Source: Octopus vulgaris (taxonomy: Eukaryota). From it: a stretch of 64,000 nt of DNA. The position numbers and the translations under genes were made by a program. The notes below the pieces were generated by a model. That model saw only the letters and a list, made by a program, of their open reading frames with translations. It was not told where the DNA came from and made no database searches. The stretch spans positions 130,076,001-130,140,000 of the forward strand of contig OX597819.1 in the NCBI GenBank assembly GCA_951406725.2, in the 5' to 3' direction. This document shows, in pieces, positions 14,671 through 27,960 of the stretch (its first letter is position 1; every line of letters begins with the position of its first letter).

Positions 14671-15241
14671 GCCATTGTATATGTGTATTTGCCTACACAC
14701 TGTTTACATTTCCTTTCAAACACGCTACACTAAAGACAGACCTCTGTTCAAGAATAATCTGTTTTTGTTACTGACATTTCATATTTCCTTGTGGCTCCTT
14801 TATATTTACTTAACGAGAGCATTCCTAATTCCATTAACGTTTTTAAACCTTGTCGCCCTTGTCTTCGTGATTAATGCTGTTAATAGCACTTTTTATATTA
14901 TTCATTCTATTTTATATATTAAGAGTCATGATCACAAGGTGATGATGTAACTGATAATATTATATATATATATGCGTATATATATATATATATATATACA
15001 TGCGTGCATGCATAAAAACAGGTATGCACACACCTACTCATATATATGTGTGTGTGTGTGTGTATAACTGAGTGTTTGTGTTTTTAAAAAACGAAATATT
15101 TTCTCATATTCATATATTTACAATTGTGTGTTTATGTTTTGATAAACTGGATTATATATATATATATGTATATATGTATATATATATATACATACATATA
15201 TATATATATATACATATATACATATATATATACATATACAT

Positions 15242-15342
<101 letters not shown>

Positions 15343-15552
15343 TATGTATATATATATATATATGTATGTATACACACACACACATGCATGTTTATGGACG
15401 CATGCATGTATGTGTGTGTATGTGTAAGGGATTATTTTATTCCATTTCACTTCCAGAGTCTGTTTTCAGTTCTATTGTAAATTTTATTCTACATGGCTCG
15501 CTCTCTCACCCTGCTCTTCAGCATTGCATACATCTGCGCGTGTGCGTGTGTG

Positions 15553-15641
<89 letters not shown>

Positions 15642-15901
15642 GCATACACACGGGCACGCGTGTGAGAAGTAGAATGAAATACGCATTTCAAAATTCACTG
15701 AACCAAACCAAAGTTCTTCGCTCAGAGTCTTCTACATTTCCTCTGCTTTATATGGGAATTGTTACCGCCAATTATTCCATATTTATTGTAAATTATCAAA
15801 TCTTGACATTATATTATAATTTCTCGTTTTTCTTCTTTTTTTTTCAATTCTATTCATCTCTTGCAGGATTGTTGTTATTGTTGTTGTCGTCATTGATGTG
15901 G

Positions 15902-15936
<35 letters not shown>

Positions 15937-16107
15937 CATCTAAATATATCTAAACATACATAAGCAGCCGTACGTGACTGAGTGAACGTGCTTGTATGCT
16001 CGTGTTTGTGCGTCTGTCTGTGTGTATCCCCAGTCCTTACACTTAGAAAGAGCCAGAAATACACACGGTGAAACACAGGCGTACACATACACTCACACAC
16101 TTACAGA

Positions 16108-16145
<38 letters not shown>

Positions 16146-16589
16146 GAGAGGGCGAGTGAGAGAGAGTGAGTGAGAGAGAGCGAGTGAGTGAGAGTGAGTG
16201 TGAGAGAGAGAGAGTGTGTGTGTGTGTGAGAGAGAGAGAGAACGACGCATGTAGAAGTGTTTTCAGGCGGAGAAATAATTTCTCAGTATTTGTTGTACAA
16301 TATATATATAACTTACTTGAAAATGGATGCGTGGTGTTTGATCATATACTAATATAAATAATATGTAGATATATGCATATGTACATACATATATGTGCAT
16401 ACTTACATTTATATGTATAAATACATGCATATATGGGTACAGAACATAAAAAAAAAGTAAACAAAATGAGAAACGAAAACATAAAAAACAAAACCAGAGA
16501 AAACGAAATTTTTTTGAACAACGAAAAAGCAAATATTCTTTAAATAATAATAACAGCGGGGTTACTGTTTCTGAAGTCAACTCCAATCA

Positions 16590-16990
16590 CATTCGTTTTC
16601 TTAGCAGTAATTCTAAGACTAGAAACTCTATTTATCAATGTAACATTACTTCCGGTTTTGACGTTTTTTTTTTATATGGGTAATTCTTCATCTCAGTTGT
16701 CCCAAGGAATACCTAATCATTGCTCTACATTTAGGCATATCAATAAACGTAACAATACTGGGATTAGTAAATTAATCTGGTATCTAAAAGATCATAATAA
16801 ACAATTTAATTTGGAATGGAATATTCTCTCTGTATCTTTTCCATATGATAAAGGTAAATCTTTTTTGTTCGCTTTGTAGCAGTGAGATGCACTTTATCCT
16901 GTTCTCAGAGAATCCCCTTGTAAACACATTTATGGAGAGCGTTTTTCGCTGCAAACATTGGCAGAAACATACCTTTAGTTCCTATAAGTG
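16590..16990 (+). pseudogene. Degraded GIY-YIG endonuclease domain of a Penelope-like element
   Basis: NSIYQCNIT...YMGNSS...NHCSTFRH...TGISKLIWYLKDHNKQFNLEWNIL...PY, frameshift, then SLCSSEMHFIL...N...FRCKH; resembles the PLE GIY-YIG C-terminus (C.LC..E..FI...N.R.E...CRH). Confidence 0.75.
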
Positions 16991-17283
16991 ATTTCTACCA
17001 TTCTATAAAAGTTCGACCTTTGACTGTCTTCTTACATTGCACTTCCACTAAATATATCTACTTCCATGCCTTTAAGATTTATTCCTATTCACCTATCGCT
17101 CTATATCTCTCCAAAATTAGTTTTCTGCTAATTTCTTTCTTTCTCCTCCATCTGTTTCTATAAACTACCTTCACATTCTATCTACTAACGGTTTTTAAAA
17201 AAACACTTGCTAGCGTTCCCTTCATCATATCCGCAGTCATCACATTCTGTTAAAATCTCTTATTGGTGTGTTTGGTTTCTTTC

Positions 17284-17371
17284 TTTCCCTGAGGAGAAGA
17301 TTGCATTGTTTTACACTATTTCATTCCTTCTGGAATAATACCAATGCTGTCTTCGAAATATATGTCGGAAG
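17284..17371 (+). ncRNA. Type I hammerhead ribozyme in the Penelope-like pLTR
   Basis: Stem I tttcc/ggaag; core CTGAGGA (17289-17295); long stem II GAAGA.TTGCATTG...CAATGC..TCTTC; GAAA (17355-17358); near-palindromic stem III ATATATGT; GUC cleavage triplet. Confidence 0.75.
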
Positions 17372-17559
17372 TAAAAGAATTTGAATAACACCTGCATTTA
17401 ACTCCATTTATTTGTTTACCTATATTACACAAAACATTTCACCTAAACCTGGAGTTTCTACCTTTATAAATAGGCTGTTACATCTTTGTTACTGGTGTGA
17501 TTTTTCGCTACCCTGGTAACTGTTTATTTATTTTTCCCTGTTAATTGTAAACACTGGAA

Positions 17560-17597
<38 letters not shown>

Positions 17598-17852
17598 GAT
17601 AATAAAAAAATATATAAGCATATGAATATATACATACATATATGTACGTACCTACCTCTTCATGTATATATACATGCATATATGGGTACAGGACACAAAA
17701 AAACGTTGAACACAATGAGAAACGAAAACATGACCATCTTCCCACTCTCCTGTCCCAGAAAGATTTCTCCTTCCCCCTTCTACTTCCGCATGCCGACTGT
17801 AGGCGATTTTTCCTCATTCTTCCTTCTTTCCCTTTGAACTTCCCCGTTTTTC

Positions 17853-17891
17853 CTGTTTCCGACGAAGAGCGATGTTCGAAACGTAAAACAG
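17853..17891 (+). ncRNA. Minimal hammerhead-like motif, CCGA core variant
   Basis: Stem I ctgttt/aaacag; CCGACGA-A; stem II gagc/gttc; GAAA; palindromic ACGT; GUA site; lies in a pyrimidine-rich element related to 42290-42450 and 42885-43056. Confidence 0.65.
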
Positions 17892-18370
17892 CAATTCTCT
17901 TTTTTCTCAGAGCATCATATTAATGCATTGCTTGTGCTACATCCTCACGTTTGTTTGTTTTTTCTTTATCTTTTATCTCCTTTTTTAAAATTGATTATAT
18001 ATACACGAACTAATCCCAGATGGTATAACTAATTCAACGAACGTTAACTATGTCCAAGTCAATGTTGAAAGTCTCACCTGTTTGAAATTCAATCTTATGA
18101 CGGTGGGTTACATATCAAGGAGTAATATTTTATGACTGCATTAGATTAACGAAATTCCACCGAAACAGCTGCCGCCACACCAAGGACCCACCTCTGAATC
18201 GAAACTATGGTTAAATTAGATTTGCTATTTGCGTACCTATCCGACCAACACTTGATGTATTCAATGTTGTTTGTTTCAATGTGAGCTCTATGTTATCGTA
18301 CCTAACCATTTCTGGCGCACAATGAATTGATGTGCTTTGATTGATATGAATCGATATAACAAAATCAGAC

Positions 18371-18444
<74 letters not shown>

Positions 18445-18449
18445 CTCTG

Positions 18450-18508
<59 letters not shown>

Positions 18509-18531
18509 ATCTATCTATCTATCTATCTATC

Positions 18532-18574
<43 letters not shown>

Positions 18575-18636
18575 ACATATATATATGTTTGTGTGTTTGT
18601 GTGCGTACATGTGCGTGTGTGTGCCTGTGTGAATGA

Positions 18637-18675
<39 letters not shown>

Positions 18676-19021
18676 GGTGTGTGTGTGTATGTGTGTGTGT
18701 GTGTGATCATACTTCAGTTACTGTCGCCAGCTCACTGATTTTTGGCATGAGCCTTGCCGCTTAATCTTCTCTCTTTAAATACTGATGACGCATGCTTTTG
18801 TTTCAGATAATAAAAAAAAACAGAAAAAAAAAACAAATCAAAAAACAACAATACATAATCAATCATCTATATAATTCAGTTTATCGATTTCCTTATTCAA
18901 TTTTGTCTATTTCATGTTTACACTAGTGAATAACGGATAACCAACATGTTAAAAACTGCTATGACGTCCTCACATTTACAGACATTTAAACCTGCTAGAA
19001 TTATTCACGTGTTTGTATGTA

Positions 19022-19078
<57 letters not shown>

Positions 19079-19739
19079 TTATGCACCTATCTATTTATGC
19101 ATGTATGTATGTATTTGCGTATGTATGTATGTGTGCATGTATTCAGGGATATTTATTTGTGTATGTAGATTTGCAAATATGTATGTACGTGTATGTATGT
19201 ATATATGTTTTTATTTATGTACCTATGTGTGTATGTATGTATGTAATGTATGCATGTATTTATGCATGTATGTATACATATATGTATGTATGTAAGTATA
19301 TATGTATATATGTAAATATGTACGTACGTATGTATGTATATATGTTTTGGGTATGACTTCAAACCGTATGCAATTATGGGACCCTAGTTCAGGAGTTCCA
19401 GTGTTTTAAGGACCGTGAAACCACTTTTTAGACACTATTTTTGCCAGGTCTACTCTGACCCAGAACAGTAGCACGTGATAAGGTCCTATCTATAGGTTAA
19501 CTAGCATGTGAATCAGTGGAAGTGAAGGACCCTTAGTTCTCTTCGGAACGTCTTTCTAGTAGAAAGTAAACCTATATAAAAGCTATAAAGGGCAGTTGGT
19601 TTCTTGTTGTCTCAATCCCTGTCTTTCCCCTGCTTTGCTACTGATTGCACAGAAAACAATTTCATGCACAGGAACTTCTTGGACCCTTGATTCTAAGGAA
19701 TTGCCTTATTCCGCCACCAGTTGACTTCCGCCATATTCT

Positions 19740-19960
19740 GTTCTTTTCTTTTATTCTTTTACTCGTTTCAATTATTTGATTGCGACCATGTTGGAGCACG
19801 GCCTTTAGTCGAGCAAATCGACCCCAGGACTTATACTTTGCAAGCCTAGTGCTTATTCTATCGGTCTCTTTTGCCGAACCGCTAAGGTACGGAAACGTAA
19901 ATACACCAGCATCGGTTGTCAAGCGATTTTGGCGGGACAAACACAGACACACAAACATAT
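19740..19960 (-). mobile_element. SINE family A, 3' half
   Basis: Matches the family A tail. Confidence 0.85.
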
Positions 19961-19980
19961 ATACATACATACATATACAT

Positions 19981-20064
<84 letters not shown>

Positions 20065-20067
20065 ATC

Positions 20068-20133
<66 letters not shown>

Positions 20134-20334
20134 CTCCATCTGTCTGCCTGTCTTTCTCACTGTATATCTTGTCTACATTTATATAATCTAGTTTTATAGA
20201 TCGTACTTTCAAAATTCCTAATTCGTTTTTTACACATTAACTTGTGCACGTTGATCTATGTAAAATGTTAGAGAAAGAAATATGGCTGTTTCTTGCAATA
20301 CATACCAATATATACATCTACACCAACATTTTTC

Positions 20335-20454
20335 AGGGTCTCTTAAGATACTATTGTGGGACCCCAATTTACTAATTTTTTGTTTGAGCTCGCAAAAATC
20401 TTATATAGGTTCTTGGGGGGGGGGGGGCATAGAAACTCCGGTTGAGAACCACTG
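20335..20454. mobile_element. hAT (Charlie-like) transposon end
   Basis: Ends ggttgagaaccactg, the reverse complement of the hAT-type TIR CAGTGGTTCTCAACC. Confidence 0.5.
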
Positions 20455-20516
20455 GTATAAGCTATCATTACAGATATAAATTTCAACTATTGTTACATGT
20501 CTTTAGTGTGTGTGTG

Positions 20517-20583
<67 letters not shown>

Positions 20584-21489
20584 TGTAGGATTTCAGGGCA
20601 GTCATGCATTCACCACAGGGAGAAAACAGAATTTTACTTTTTCAACACCGAACTGCACTCTGAATCCATGGAAATATTCTTTAAACGTTGTAGTATTTCT
20701 TTTTATGTCTATAGATGGTTATATCACGTGTGAGTATATATATGTGTGAGTATATATATATATGAGTATGTGTTAGTACCTGTGCGTGTGTGTATAGTTC
20801 ACGTATACATATGTAATTAAAATACTCGATTTACACAGCTATACATATACATACACACACACACACACACACACAAACACACACAAACACACATGCATAT
20901 GTGTATACAGCTTGCTTCCTCCTTTGATAAATTAACTAATCCTTCTTACCAATTAGTAAAATTGATTAATTGATTAATTAATTCATTAATTAATTGAATT
21001 TAATTTCTTAATAAAAGGAGAATATTGAAGATTGTTAGATGTTCGTCGCTGTCAGAGGAATCACACACTCACACACACACAACACTCTCACACACACATT
21101 CTCTCACGCACATACACACCAACACACTCACACACACATTCTCTCACACACATACACACAAACACACTCATACACGCGCGCGCGCGAGATCACGGAAACC
21201 GTATAAGTTGATACGGAGGTTAGTAATTTTTATCAATACCTTTTGTAATGGCTTTAACTAAGCAATGTTTAGTTAATCGGCAACAGGTAAGTAATGTGAA
21301 AAATTATTGCTGCAGCTGTTGTCATTTCGCTACTTTTCCGCCATTATAGAACAGACATATGACGTAAAGTGTTACTGCTACGTCTCTGTCGTCTGCTTTA
21401 TACAAATCCTAGGAAATGGCAGTGCTGCAGCATGACCACGGCAGGGAACACATTAAGGTGTAAATGAATAAAGGAATATGTATTACTCC

Positions 21490-21862
21490 GTACTCTCTTT
21501 ACTCTTTTACTTGATTCAGTCATTTGACTGTGGCCATGCTGGAGCACCGCCTTTAGTCGAGCAAATCGACCCCAGGACTTATACTTTGTAAGCCTAGTAC
21601 TTATTCTATCGGTTTTTTTTACCGACCTAACCGCTAAGTTACGGGAACGTAAACACACCAGCATCGGTTGTCAAGCGATGTTGGGGGGACAAACACAGAC
21701 ACGCAAACATATACACACACACACATATATATATATACATATATACGACAGGCTTCTTTCAGTTTCCGTCTACGAAATCCACACACAAGGCTTTGGTCGG
21801 CCCGAGACTATAGCAGAAGTGGCTCGTAAGCAAGCAACTTACCACACAGCCACTCCTATGCC
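21490..21862 (-). mobile_element. SINE family A with partial head deletion
   Basis: Matches family A. Confidence 0.9.
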
Positions 21863-22207
21863 TATTGGTTACATCTTTGACTCATGTATAGTCAAAAACA
21901 CATGCACACTAACACAAACTCATACACAAAACATAAATACACACACACAAGCACAAACGCGGACACACATATGCACACTCACAAACAGACACACAGATAC
22001 ACACGCATGCACACACTCACACCTAATTCTTGATAAACTCCAGACCTGTCAACATCGAAATCGGTAAATCATGCTTTGGCGGAACTTTTAGAACGTCGAA
22101 CAAAATGCATTGTGGTATTTACTTACGCTGTTCTACCTTCTGAGTTCAAATCCTGCCGAGGTCAAATTTGCCATGTATGTATTTATGGGTATATATATAT
22201 ATATATA

Positions 22208-22434
22208 CTTTATTTAAAGCAGCAGAAAATTCAACAAAACCTGTTACTCTGAGTTTCCCGTTGCTGTTCATCGGACAGTTTTATTCTAGCAAAAACTGTC
22301 CGACGAACGGCAACGGGAAACTCAGAGTACAGGTTTTGTTGAATTTTCTGCTGCTTTAAATAAAGCATATTACTCTACCACTGGTATTTGAGTACTCTTT
22401 TTTCCACCTTGTTTCACATTTATGTGTTTACTCC

Positions 22435-22436
<2 letters not shown>
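22208..22436. mobile_element. Fold-back element with a hammerhead-like motif on each arm
   Basis: ~75-bp inverted arms 22208-22282 and 22292-22365; each reads ctgt-CCGA(C/T)GA-stem II-GAAA-CTCAGAG-TA-(a)cag; (TA)n on both sides. Confidence 0.8.
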
Positions 22437-22501
<65 letters not shown>

Positions 22502-22592
22502 AAGAAAGAAAGAGAATAAATAGGGCTGTTGCAGTGTATTTGTTGCGATCCTGAATTGTGTAGGGGACGTATATATAAATGCATACACACAC

Positions 22593-22627
<35 letters not shown>

Positions 22628-22689
22628 TAGATATGTATATGTATATGTATATGTATGTATGTATGTATATATATATATATATATATATA

Positions 22690-22721
<32 letters not shown>

Positions 22722-22752
22722 CATATACATATACATATTTATACACATGTAT

Positions 22753-22810
<58 letters not shown>

Positions 22811-22958
22811 GTATGAGAGGTATTGGTGTCAAGAAGACTCAAAGGTGTCAAGTAATGCTGAGTAAGTGCTATGGACAGACTATAGTTAAGCTCCAGGTTC
22901 GATAATGATACGAATGGGGAATCTAACGTAGGTCGTGTATTAACCTGCATATATATAA

Positions 22959-23153
22959 AATTAACGGAATGAGATAAAAAGTCCAAGGCTGTGAATAGTT
23001 TTCAGAACATTTATAAAGAGAATGCCTTACAGCTGTTTCCGTGATATTTTATATATCCCTTCAACAGAGACGGAATATCCCGGAAACAGCTGTAAGGCAT
23101 TCTCTTTATAAATGTTCTCGCGGCCTTGGACTTTTTATCTCATTCTGTTAATT
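22959..23153. mobile_element. Fold-back element with hammerhead-like motif, second family
   Basis: Inverted arms 22959-23048 and 23074-23153; minus strand gtct-CTGTTGA-AGGGATAT..ATATCAC-G-GAAA-CAGCTG-TA-aggc. Confidence 0.75.
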
Positions 23154-23164
23154 GATATATATAT

Positions 23165-23481
23165 ATGTAATTTCGATTTAGTTGCATTTGTTGTTATTGT
23201 TATTGTTGTCAGTAAAACAAGATTGTTAATATGATACGTAATGGTAGTTGATGTAGATATGACGGGGATAATTTATGTACGATTATCAGATTTAGATGTA
23301 AGCGTGTAGACAAGATGTTGAGAGATATTATGTGTTTGTGACTGGATCAGACATGTCGTGATATCAGATGTTGTTATGAGGTGTGACTAGGACAAGATAT
23401 AGTTTATATGATGATTAATGGTAGCAGATGCAAATATAACCAGAATAATATGTGTAATGATATCAGATGTGGATGTGACTA
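23165..23481 (+). repeat. ~317-bp direct duplication, copy 1
   Basis: Near-identical to 25411-25726; about two differences seen by eye. Confidence 0.95.
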
Positions 23482-23539
23482 GTTTTCCTTTTTGCTTAAG
23501 CATTGCATACAGCTGTTTATATTAATATATATATATACG

Positions 23540-23619
<80 letters not shown>

Positions 23620-23620
23620 T

Positions 23621-23691
<71 letters not shown>

Positions 23692-23738
23692 ATTAATATA
23701 AACAGCTGTATGCAATGCTTAAGCAAAAAGGAAAACTA
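23480..23738. mobile_element. Fold-back element, ~47-bp arms around a (TA)n centre
   Basis: tagttttcctttttgcttaagcattgcatacagctgttta and its exact reverse complement; arms contain AAA-CAGCTG-TA. Confidence 0.8.
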
Positions 23739-23862
23739 TAACTGTCACTAAATATGACTAGAGTGGTAGAACACCTGCATTGCTAGAAATAGAAGCTAAA
23801 ATGCTCTAACGCAGTAGTTAAAGCACATAGTTGTATACATATGTGTGTGTATATATATACAT

Positions 23863-23913
<51 letters not shown>

Positions 23914-24466
23914 TAATATATGTGTGTGTATAAATGAAAGAATTTATATGAAAATCGATTTATTCTTGAGAATATTTGCTTTTAATCTGTCCCCACCGTC
24001 ATTACATAAATACATATAATCTCATGTGTTCCAGAATCACAGAGATACATTTTGTAGCTGAGTTTTAGTTATATCCTGTATTCCATAAGTTATAAAGTCT
24101 ATTACATTCTCACCTTCAGATAATCTATTGAACAAGGTTTAGATAAATAAACCGTACTCGTTAACATTTTCCCATCATATAAAGTTCAAGTAATTACTGG
24201 TATTTTTTTTTTCAAATTTAATCAACAATTATAATAAATTTCTGATTGATAACGATAAAATAGGTGCATCAGATTTCTAAATATTCTTTACAGATTAATT
24301 CCATCATATATGGAACTAAAATTATGTACATTTAAAATTTATAATTTAAAATTAGGAAAGGACTACATAATAGTCTTGTATTACTGTACGTGTATAAATG
24401 TATGTATGCATGCGTGTATGTCTGTAAGTATAAATATATATATATGTATACATACACACATACCTA

Positions 24467-24524
<58 letters not shown>

Positions 24525-24553
24525 TATGTATATATATATACATATATATATAC

Positions 24554-24705
<152 letters not shown>

Positions 24706-25071
24706 ATATATGCGAACTTATTGATATATTATCCGTGTTCTCCCCGTTGTGCAGTTATGTGCATTCAGGTTTGCATGTTGCAATATGTGACACTTACGAC
24801 GACATATGTATTTTGACATGATTTATAAACATCCAAATTCTCATATTCTCCATCTATTTCTCTTCCTCTATAATTATGCACACATTCATACACACACACA
24901 CACACACACAACATCAATTTGTCTATCTATATTAAAGTGTACATTTATACTTATATGTTCGCATGCATATATAATGCATGTATATATATATATATACGCA
25001 TTTTATTGGTGCACATATGTATACACGTACACTCACACAGATATACACATATATATGATTTATATATATAT

Positions 25072-25114
<43 letters not shown>

Positions 25115-25410
25115 TATATATATATATATTCTCTTCGATACTTATAGAGCTGTCTCTTATATGGCAAAATGGAAATATCAGCAAACTATAAAGTCACTTT
25201 AATGAATAAAATACTTATTTGTTGACTTTTAGGCAGAAATATTTAATTAGATTATTAATATAATAATCAAATTGGAAATATGATAGTGTCACATTCTATG
25301 TGTTAACTGAATATGATGTTGTTGTTGTTGTTGTTGCTGTTTTTTGTTGGCGGTGTTGATGGTGGTGAGAGGCGTTAGTTGTGACGGCAGTGATGAGCGC
25401 GTTGGACCAA

Positions 25411-25726
25411 ATGTAATTTCGATTTAGTTGCATTTGTTGTTATTGTTATTGTTGTCAGTAAAACAAGATTGTTAATATGATACGTAATGGTAGTTGATGT
25501 AGATATGACGGGGATAATTTATGTACGATTATCAGATTTAGATGTAAGCGTGTAGACAAGATGTTGAGAGATATTATGTTTTGTGACTGGATCAGACATG
25601 TCGTGATATCAGATGTTGTTATGAGGTGTGACTAGGACAAGATATAGTTTATATGATGATTAATGGTAGCAGATGCAAATATAACCAGAATAAGATGTGT
25701 AATGATATCAGATGTGGATGTGACTA
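25411..25726 (+). repeat. ~317-bp direct duplication, copy 2
   Basis: Near-identical to 23165-23481. Confidence 0.95.
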
Positions 25727-25742
25727 AATAAAATCATGTAGT

Positions 25743-25825
<83 letters not shown>

Positions 25826-25897
25826 CATGCGTGTAGCAATTTCACATTGAAATATGATTGGACAACATGGCTGATGTGATACATGTAATTGATTATT

Positions 25898-26195
25898 CAC
25901 GTGATCACGTGATCGACCAGGCTATCAGATGTTGCTACACATCGCTGGTCACAATGCGCTTCGCATTGTTTTAGCCGTCAAATGACGCCACCCCGCTGGC
26001 TAAGCGAGCAGAAGAAAGAGTGGGAGAAAGTGTGGTGAAAGAGTACAGCAGGGATCGCCACCATCCCCTGCCGGAAATCGTGGAGCTTTAGGTGTTTTCG
26101 CTCAATAAAAACTCAGAACGCCTCGTCTGGGAATCGAAACCGCTATCCTACGACTGCGAGTCCGATGACCTAACCACTGGGCCATTGCGCCTTCA
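25898..26195 (-). mobile_element. SINE family B with 12-bp TSD
   Basis: TSD taattgattatt at 25886-25897 and 26196-26207. Confidence 0.92.
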
Positions 26196-26769
26196 TAATT
26201 GATTATTACCAGCACTTATTGCTAGTTTTGATAACGATTTTAATGAGCATATAGAAGATCAATCATGTGGTCCATAATCAGAAACAGAGACTGGGACTAT
26301 GAAAAGACAGGCGAATGCAACTTAGGCTCAGACCTGAATATTTTAGAAATGGTCGGTTACCTTGTCCTGATATCTGGGTGAGCTGAATTAATTAATGCGA
26401 CATAAAGTATTCGTCACAGATACACTTCGAAATACTAGCAGGGGGCTTATATTTATGATAGCTTAAACTCTTATAAACGCACTCACCTCCTCACTAAAGT
26501 AAAGTCATATTTTAAGTAAAAGCAAATTCGCTGAGATTTTATATTGAATTTTTTATAATACAGTATGGCAGCCCATCACTAACAGAAAGTCGGAGGCTGG
26601 GAAACTTGAATGTTTTAGCTATACGCAAGTTACAACAATAACCAAATGTGAACTCTCAACACCACGACTGATTATCTGGTTGTAATCGATAGAAATAAAG
26701 CGATTATAAAAGTTTAGATAGTGACATGGAGATTTTTCTGTTTTTAACCTTTTCTTTTGTAATCAGCCA

Positions 26770-26960
26770 TTTTTAGTGTCTGTACTTAGGAAACGCAAGC
26801 TGGATGCACACATACGCATGGTTTTATTCTGTAGGTTCACGACAATGTCTTGTCTTTTCATGCCATATGAGACCATGGTCATACTTCTGAATTTCATCCA
26901 TTTTGGCCACTGCTACTTTCTTTATTTCTTGTGAGAATGATGTGTTGATTGTTGGGTATT
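26770..26960 (-). pseudogene. Possible piggyBac-like transposase C-terminal Cys-rich remnant
   Basis: DEIQKYDHGLIWHEKTRHCRE, frameshift, QNKTMRMCASSLRFL; loosely resembles the piggyBac R.RC..C...T...C..C...LC domain. Confidence 0.3.
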
Positions 26961-27789
26961 TTAAATTCTTTATGTTTGAAAAAGGAAAGGAAGTGAAGAG
27001 CAATAAAATAAATTACACAAAACATAACAGTTCTTCACTATTTTTATCCCTTACACAAAATTAGTAAATCCACAATAAATACATCACTATCAAGGGTTAA
27101 AATGTGTTTACTGAATAAATTTATCCTATTACTCGCCATAATATTTGTATTTTTACTTTCAATTTCGCAGTGGTGTCCTATCGATTTTTCTTGACTGTTC
27201 AAAAGTGAAACCATTTTAAGAGAGAAAATAGCATTACCGATTAAAAACACCAAAGTATCATTCAAGAACTCATTTTGTCGATACATTCCAGTTCCGAAAA
27301 TAAACAAATAATTCAACCTTAGGGTAATTCGATCTCAGATTCACTAACGTCATCCAAGCAAATGTGCGTGAGGCCAACCAGTTCGTTACTCTACCACATT
27401 GGTTATTTCTACCTCCCCTTCTGGCATGGTCGTAACGCCGCTTTCCCCCTTTCTACTGTTTAACAGCACAAATGTATAGATCGTCAGATTTTATCGTAGA
27501 CAAGTTAGAATCTAGCCAATCTGCCTTTGATGTTGTAGTTTTGTATTTTTTAATGAGTTAAATGCCGTTTGTATGCAGATACTAAAGCAAACATTTCCCA
27601 ATCAAATGGATAGTTCTACTTGGTCGTAAGAAGTATTGTTTCCAAACAAGGAATCAATACATTTAGCCGTTTACTGCAATATAATCAAATTAATATTTGC
27701 ATTTGAAATTGTGTCAAACATTATTGTCGTCATCGTTATTGTTTCCATTGTTGTTGTTGTTATTGTTATTATTGTTGTTGTTATTGGTG

Positions 27790-27960
27790 TTTAGCCCCAG
27801 GTCAGCTCTGACTTAATACACATATGATCAAAGGTATTCAAGCCATAAACACTTCATTCTTCGCTCGAGCATTGCGTATCTAGGACTACATTGTCCAATG
27901 TACCATTCCCTTTTAAAGTTTTATGTTAATTTGAGAGAGATTTGGCTGGTGTGTTTAGTA
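27790..27960 (-). mobile_element. Old dispersed repeat with related decayed pieces near 9670-9800, 23780, 29185, 52975 and 55880-55980
   Basis: Recurring motifs ctagaaatagcagccaaat and ggactacatt.tccaatgtg. Confidence 0.45.
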
